Shown here: positions 60,181 to 64,000 of the stretch, one piece after another
How positions within the stretch are numbered: position 1 is the first letter of the stretch
Layout of the letters: each line of letters opens with the position of its first letter
NCBI GenBank assembly: GCA_965277805.1
Contig: OZ255842.1
Location: 1,024,001-1,088,000, forward strand
Reading direction: 5' to 3'
DNA: 64,000 nucleotides
Source of the DNA: Candidatus Lustribacter sp.
GTDB lineage: Bacteria; Vulcanimicrobiota; Vulcanimicrobiia; Vulcanimicrobiales; Vulcanimicrobiaceae
The notes under the pieces: generated by a model
Told to the model about the DNA's origin: nothing
The model's database searches: none
The model's input: only the letters and a program-made list of their open reading frames with translations
Made by a program: the position numbers and the translations under genes

Positions 60181-61146
60181 ATGACGCGCCTGAGCCGCAC
60201 CACCTTCCTCGCCGCCGGAGCAGCGGTGCTCGCGATGCCGGGCCGCGTTCGCGCGCAGTCGCTCGTGAAACTGCGAATCGCGAGCCCGCCGAACGCGGAC
60301 TTCGTGATGGCGGCGTACGCACAAAAGGCCGGCATCTTTCGCAAGTACGGCCTCGACGCCGACATCACGATCATGGCCAGCGGTTCCGCAGCAGCGGCGG
60401 CGATGGTCGGCGGTTCGCTGCAGCTGGCGCGCTCGAGCACGCTGAGCCTGATCGAGGCGCACGCCCGCGGTCTGCGCTTCGTCATCGTTTCGCCGTCGTC
60501 CGTCTACAACACCGATGCGCCGACCTCGGGACTCGTCGTCTTGAAAGACGCCCCGATCCGTTCCGGCGCCGATCTCAACGGCAAGGTCGTTTCCGTTCCC
60601 GCAGTCGGCGATCTCGACACGATCGCAACGAGTGGCTGGATCGATCAAAACGGCGGCGACTCGCGCACCGTGAAATTTCTCGGCCTGCCGCATCGCGCCG
60701 CGCCCGAAGCCCTTCTCAGCGGCCGCATCGCTGCGTGTAACTTGCCCGAGCCAAATCTCACCGACGCGCTCAACAGCGGCAAGTGCCGCGTGCTCGGCAA
60801 AACGCTCGACGGAATCGGCAAACATTTTATCAGCACCGCGTACTTCTGCACGTCTGAATACGCCGTGGCAAATCCGGACATCATCGCGCGCTTCAGAAAA
60901 GCGCTCTACGAATCGGCCACTTATGCGAACGCGCACAATAGCCAAATGTGGCCAATCATCGCGGGTTTCACGAATGTCGACGAAAAAACCGTAGCGTCGA
61001 TGCCATGGGAAACGCTGCCGACAACGGTGCGCGATCTCGATCCATCAATGATCCAACCGCTCATCGACACCGCCGTAAAATACAAAGCCATCGCCGCTGC
61101 CTTCCCAGCCAAAGAAATGATCGACCCAACGCTCACCCCATCGTAA
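60181..61146 (+). CDS. SsuA/THI5-type solute-binding protein (Tat-like signal)
   Basis: MTRLSRTTFL; AGIFRKYGLD; ADLNGKVV; YANAH. Confidence 0.85.
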   Translation: MTRLSRTTFLAAGAAVLAMPGRVRAQSLVKLRIASPPNADFVMAAYAQKAGIFRKYGLDADITIMASGSAAAAAMVGGSLQLARSSTLSLIEAHARGLRFVIVSPSSVYNTDAPTSGLVVLKDAPIRSGADLNGKVVSVPAVGDLDTIATSGWIDQNGGDSRTVKFLGLPHRAAPEALLSGRIAACNLPEPNLTDALNSGKCRVLGKTLDGIGKHFISTAYFCTSEYAVANPDIIARFRKALYESATYANAHNSQMWPIIAGFTNVDEKTVASMPWETLPTTVRDLDPSMIQPLIDTAVKYKAIAAAFPAKEMIDPTLTPS

Positions 61147-61156
61147 AACCGCCCTG

Positions 61157-61203
61157 TGTCATCTCGAGCAAGCGCCCGCAGGGCGCGTCGTCGAGGGACC
61201 GCC
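61157..61203 (+). repeat. REP-like palindrome, long variant with GCA triloop
   Basis: TGTCATCTCGAGCAA-GCGCCC-GCA-GGGCGC-GTCGTCGAGGGACCGCC. Confidence 0.85.
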
Positions 61204-61267
61204 ACATCGCCCGCCAACCGAGCGTTTCCCTCCGTGAACCACCCATCTGATTGGGAACATCAATATT

Positions 61268-61453
61268 ATGAGTGACGTCTACCAAACCGAAATCAACCCC
61301 GATGACGAACCCGGCGAGCGCCTGCAAGAAGGCCTCCGCGGCGCCGACCAAAACGACCACGACGCCGACGGTCAGATGGCCCGCAGCGGCGTCGACCGCC
61401 GCAAAAACGGCCCTCGCGTCGGCGACCGCCGCGATCTCAGGCCCGCGCTCTAA
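61268..61453 (+). CDS. 61-aa hydrophilic acidic microprotein
   Basis: C-rich third codon positions in this frame; strong terminator 30 nt after stop. Confidence 0.65.
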   Translation: MSDVYQTEINPDDEPGERLQEGLRGADQNDHDADGQMARSGVDRRKNGPRVGDRRDLRPAL

Positions 61454-61482
61454 CAGTAGGCCTCACCCCACCCAGAACGAAC

Positions 61483-61513
61483 AAGGCCCCGAGCAATCGG
61501 GGCCTTTCTTTTT
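61483..61513 (+). terminator. Intrinsic terminator
   Basis: AAGGCCCCGA-GCAA-TCGGGGCCTT followed by TCTTTTT. Confidence 0.9.
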
Positions 61514-61534
61514 CACCCAACGGAGAGCCGAGCG

Positions 61535-62503
61535 ATGACAAGCGTCTCACGATTTTGCGCATGCATCCTATCCGCCGCGCTAAGCCTCGCCATCGTCACG
61601 GCGCCCGCCTCAGCGCAAACCACCGCACTCACCCCAATGCGCATCGCCAATCTCGGCTTCACCGAAGCGAGCGCGCTGCCCGTCTACGCGCAAGGCGCCG
61701 GCATCTTTAAGAAATACGGCATCGACGCCACGATTACGACGTTCAACGGCGGCGGCGCAATTATCGCCGCGATTGCCGGCGGCTCGCTCGACGCCGGCTT
61801 CTCAAACATCACCTCAGCCGTCGCCGCAATCCAAAAAGGCATCCCGATCCTGATCTTCTCCGCCGCCAACCTGACGGCAGCCGGTCACGCCGACGCGCTC
61901 CTCATGAAAGCCCGCGGCTCGAAGCTAAAAACCGGCGCCGACCTCAACGGCAAAACCATCGCGGTCACGACGCTCGGCGGAACGCTGCAGCTCGGCGCCG
62001 AGGAGTGGATGGACAAAAACGGTGGCGATTCAAAGACCGCGCACTTCATCGAAGTTCCGAGCTCAAACATGCCGGCCGCATTGAAGCAAGGCCGTATCGA
62101 TGCCGCGATGGTCTCCGAACCATTCCTCAGCGAAAACAAGGCCGACATCGAACCGCTCGCCGACGCGTTCGCCGCAATCGCACCGCAGTGGATCAGCGCC
62201 GTCTTCGTCGTCTCAAAAGCATGGGTCACCGCCAACCCGGACGCCGCCCGCCGTTTCGTAGCAGCGATGCACGAGACAGCCCGCTGGGCGAACACCCACC
62301 CAACAGAAACAGCAAAGATTCTCTCGCCGCTCTCCAACGTGCCGCTAACGACCTTCGCAAACATGGAGCGCTCCACGTACACCGACCAACTCACCAAAGC
62401 GCTGCTACAACCCGGCATCGACGCCGCCTACCGCTACGGCGCCCTCAAAGAATCCTACGACACCGCCGAGGCCGTGGCGGCCGCAGCCCCCTACCTAAAA
62501 TAA
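61535..62503 (+). CDS. SsuA/THI5-type solute-binding protein
   Basis: Signal peptide; AGIFKKYGID; ADLNGKTIAV; ARWANTH. Confidence 0.87.
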   Translation: MTSVSRFCACILSAALSLAIVTAPASAQTTALTPMRIANLGFTEASALPVYAQGAGIFKKYGIDATITTFNGGGAIIAAIAGGSLDAGFSNITSAVAAIQKGIPILIFSAANLTAAGHADALLMKARGSKLKTGADLNGKTIAVTTLGGTLQLGAEEWMDKNGGDSKTAHFIEVPSSNMPAALKQGRIDAAMVSEPFLSENKADIEPLADAFAAIAPQWISAVFVVSKAWVTANPDAARRFVAAMHETARWANTHPTETAKILSPLSNVPLTTFANMERSTYTDQLTKALLQPGIDAAYRYGALKESYDTAEAVAAAAPYLK

Positions 62504-62565
62504 AGAGGCTCCCTCGCGCGCTTGATGGGAGCATCGGTACGCCCGAGGATAGGTCCTATTGCTCT

Positions 62566-62640
62566 TTAGCACACGCCGTTACGACGATAGAATGCGCGGG
62601 AGGACCGCCGGACGTACCACACCCCGCCGGCGGCCCTCTC
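62566..62640 (+). ncRNA. Candidate promoter plus hairpin RNA with no ORF
   Basis: TTAGCA-N16-TAGAAT followed by a 14-bp stem GGGAGGACCGCCGG/CCGGCGGCCCTCTC. Confidence 0.3.
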
Positions 62641-62658
62641 AAGCACTACTCTGCTGCC

Positions 62659-62808
62659 TTAAGCAAAATCGCCAAGAACAGTGCCGACCTCTTCCGTAAT
62701 CTCCGCGTCCTTTTCCTCATCGGTGACGGAAGGGTCGTCGTTGTCCGCGATCGCAAGCGCCTCGTCGAGCGTTTCCTTGTCGTTTCCGGTTTGGCCGTCG
62801 TTGTTCAC
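62659..62808 (-). CDS. 49-aa highly acidic microprotein
   Basis: GTG start: MNNDGQTGNDKETLDEALAIADNDDPSVTDEEKDAEITEEVGTVLGDFA; below the ORF-track cutoff. Confidence 0.6.
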   Translation of the reverse strand: MNNDGQTGNDKETLDEALAIADNDDPSVTDEEKDAEITEEVGTVLGDFA

Positions 62809-62829
62809 GCCCGAACCATACCCAAAAAT

Positions 62830-64000
62830 CTACCCCTGGGTGGTCGGCGCTGAAACCCAATGCTCGAGCGTGGTCGCGAGCGCGCGCGGGTCGACAGGTT
62901 TGGTGAGGTGATCGTTCATGCCGGCGGCGAGGCACGCTAGACGCTCCTCTTCCATGGCGTGCGCGGTCATCGCGATGATCGGCAGCTGCGACACGCCCAC
63001 CTGAGCGCGAATCAGGCGCGTCGCTTCGAGCCCGTCCATCACCGGCATCTGCACGTCCATCACCACCACATCGAACCGCTGCGGATCGGCCAGCACCGCG
63101 GCGACGGCCTCGCGTCCGTTGTTCGCAAACTCCACCAGCATCCCGAGCCGGCGCAGCAGCCGATCGAGAATCTGCCGGTTGATCGCGTTGTCCTCGACGA
63201 CGAGCGCGCGCCGCCCGGCTAGTGCGTGCTCCCCCGTCGACTGCGTCTCCTCAACCGCCGCGCCGTTGACGGGCGGCGCCACCGCAGCCGCAGACGGCCG
63301 CGTCAGCACGGCCGTGAACGTGAACGTACTGCCCGCGCCGGGTGTGCTCTGCACGCTGATCGTCCCGCCCATTTTCTCGACCAGCGCTTTGCTGATGGCG
63401 AGTCCCAAGCCGGTGCCGCCGAAGCGTCGCGTGATCGACGAATCACTTTGCGCGAACGCATCGAACACGCGCGCCTGCTCGGGCTCGCTCATGCCGATGC
63501 CGGTATCGTGCACGGAGGTCACCAATTCGATCGTGCGCTCCGTACGCGCGCCGCTAGCGATCCGCACGTTCACGGCACCGGTCTCGGTGAATTTGATCGC
63601 GTTGCTGACGAGGTTGAGCAAGATCTGGCCGAAGCGCAGCGGATCGCCCACGAGCTCCGCGGGCACGTTGGGATCGACATGTTGTTCGAACCCGAGGCCC
63701 TTTTCGCTCGCACGCGTCGAGGCGAGACTGCGCACGTTTTCCAACACCGCGTTGAGGTCAAACGGAATCGCTTCGAGTTCGAGCTTGCCGGCCTCCACCT
63801 TCGAGATGTCGAGGATATCGTTGATCACGTTGAGCAGCGACTTCGCCGAATAGTCGATCTTGTTGAGGTAGTCACGCTGCTCGGCATCCAAATTCGTCAA
63901 GAGCGCGAGATTGGTGAGGCCAATGACGCCGTTCATCGGCGTGCGAATCTCGTGGCTCATGTTAGCCAAGAACGCGCTCTTGGCTTGATTCGCGCGCAGC
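62830..64000 (-). CDS. Hybrid sensor histidine kinase/response regulator, 5' truncated
   Basis: [49 protein letters not shown]. Confidence 0.95.
   Translation of the reverse strand, partial: LRANQAKSAFLANMSHEIRTPMNGVIGLTNLALLTNLDAEQRDYLNKIDYSAKSLLNVINDILDISKVEAGKLELEAIPFDLNAVLENVRSLASTRASEKGLGFEQHVDPNVPAELVGDPLRFGQILLNLVSNAIKFTETGAVNVRIASGARTERTIELVTSVHDTGIGMSEPEQARVFDAFAQSDSSITRRFGGTGLGLAISKALVEKMGGTISVQSTPGAGSTFTFTAVLTRPSAAAVAPPVNGAAVEETQSTGEHALAGRRALVVEDNAINRQILDRLLRRLGMLVEFANNGREAVAAVLADPQRFDVVVMDVQMPVMDGLEATRLIRAQVGVSQLPIIAMTAHAMEEERLACLAAGMNDHLTKPVDPRALATTLEHWVSAPTTQG

Noticed and set aside
61272-61538. 88-aa Ala/Thr-rich alternative ORF
   Set aside because: Crosses the terminator; codon-position bias favours 61268..61453

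Overview
A 64 kb GC-rich bacterial chromosomal segment. The Terrabacteria-type RpoC, hopanoid genes and lineage-style secreted proteins suggest Candidatus Eremiobacterota/Vulcanimicrobiota; this is inference, no search was run. Core content: rpoC standing alone without rpoB, with its own sigma70 promoter, structured leader and terminator, and hopanoid genes in two blocks (hpnB-shc; squalene synthase-hpnA-hpnH-polyprenyl synthase). Accessory content is mostly aromatic/heterocycle catabolism: three phthalate-dioxygenase/LigX-type Rieske oxygenases (two frameshifted), hydantoinase/oxoprolinase AB, a gentisate dioxygenase, hydrolases, an acyl-CoA ligase/IpdAB-like/split-cupin/PAL operon, and seven SsuA/THI5-type solute-binding proteins with no permease or ATPase in the window. 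Also present: a two-subunit RND pump, WYL, ECF and MmyB regulators, UdgX and ferritin-like proteins. Features the ORF track misses: a strand-polarised REP family at 12 loci (some translated into protein C-termini, some with a GNA-triloop hairpin), C/A-rich patches on one strand, a 50-aa Cys/His microprotein behind a PDZ-TM-GAF receptor, a 49-aa acidic microprotein (a second, 61-aa one is in the track), two probable CTG starts, and a diverged shc 3' remnant. No tRNA, rRNA, CRISPR array, integrase or transposase was seen. All counts and alignments were done by eye.
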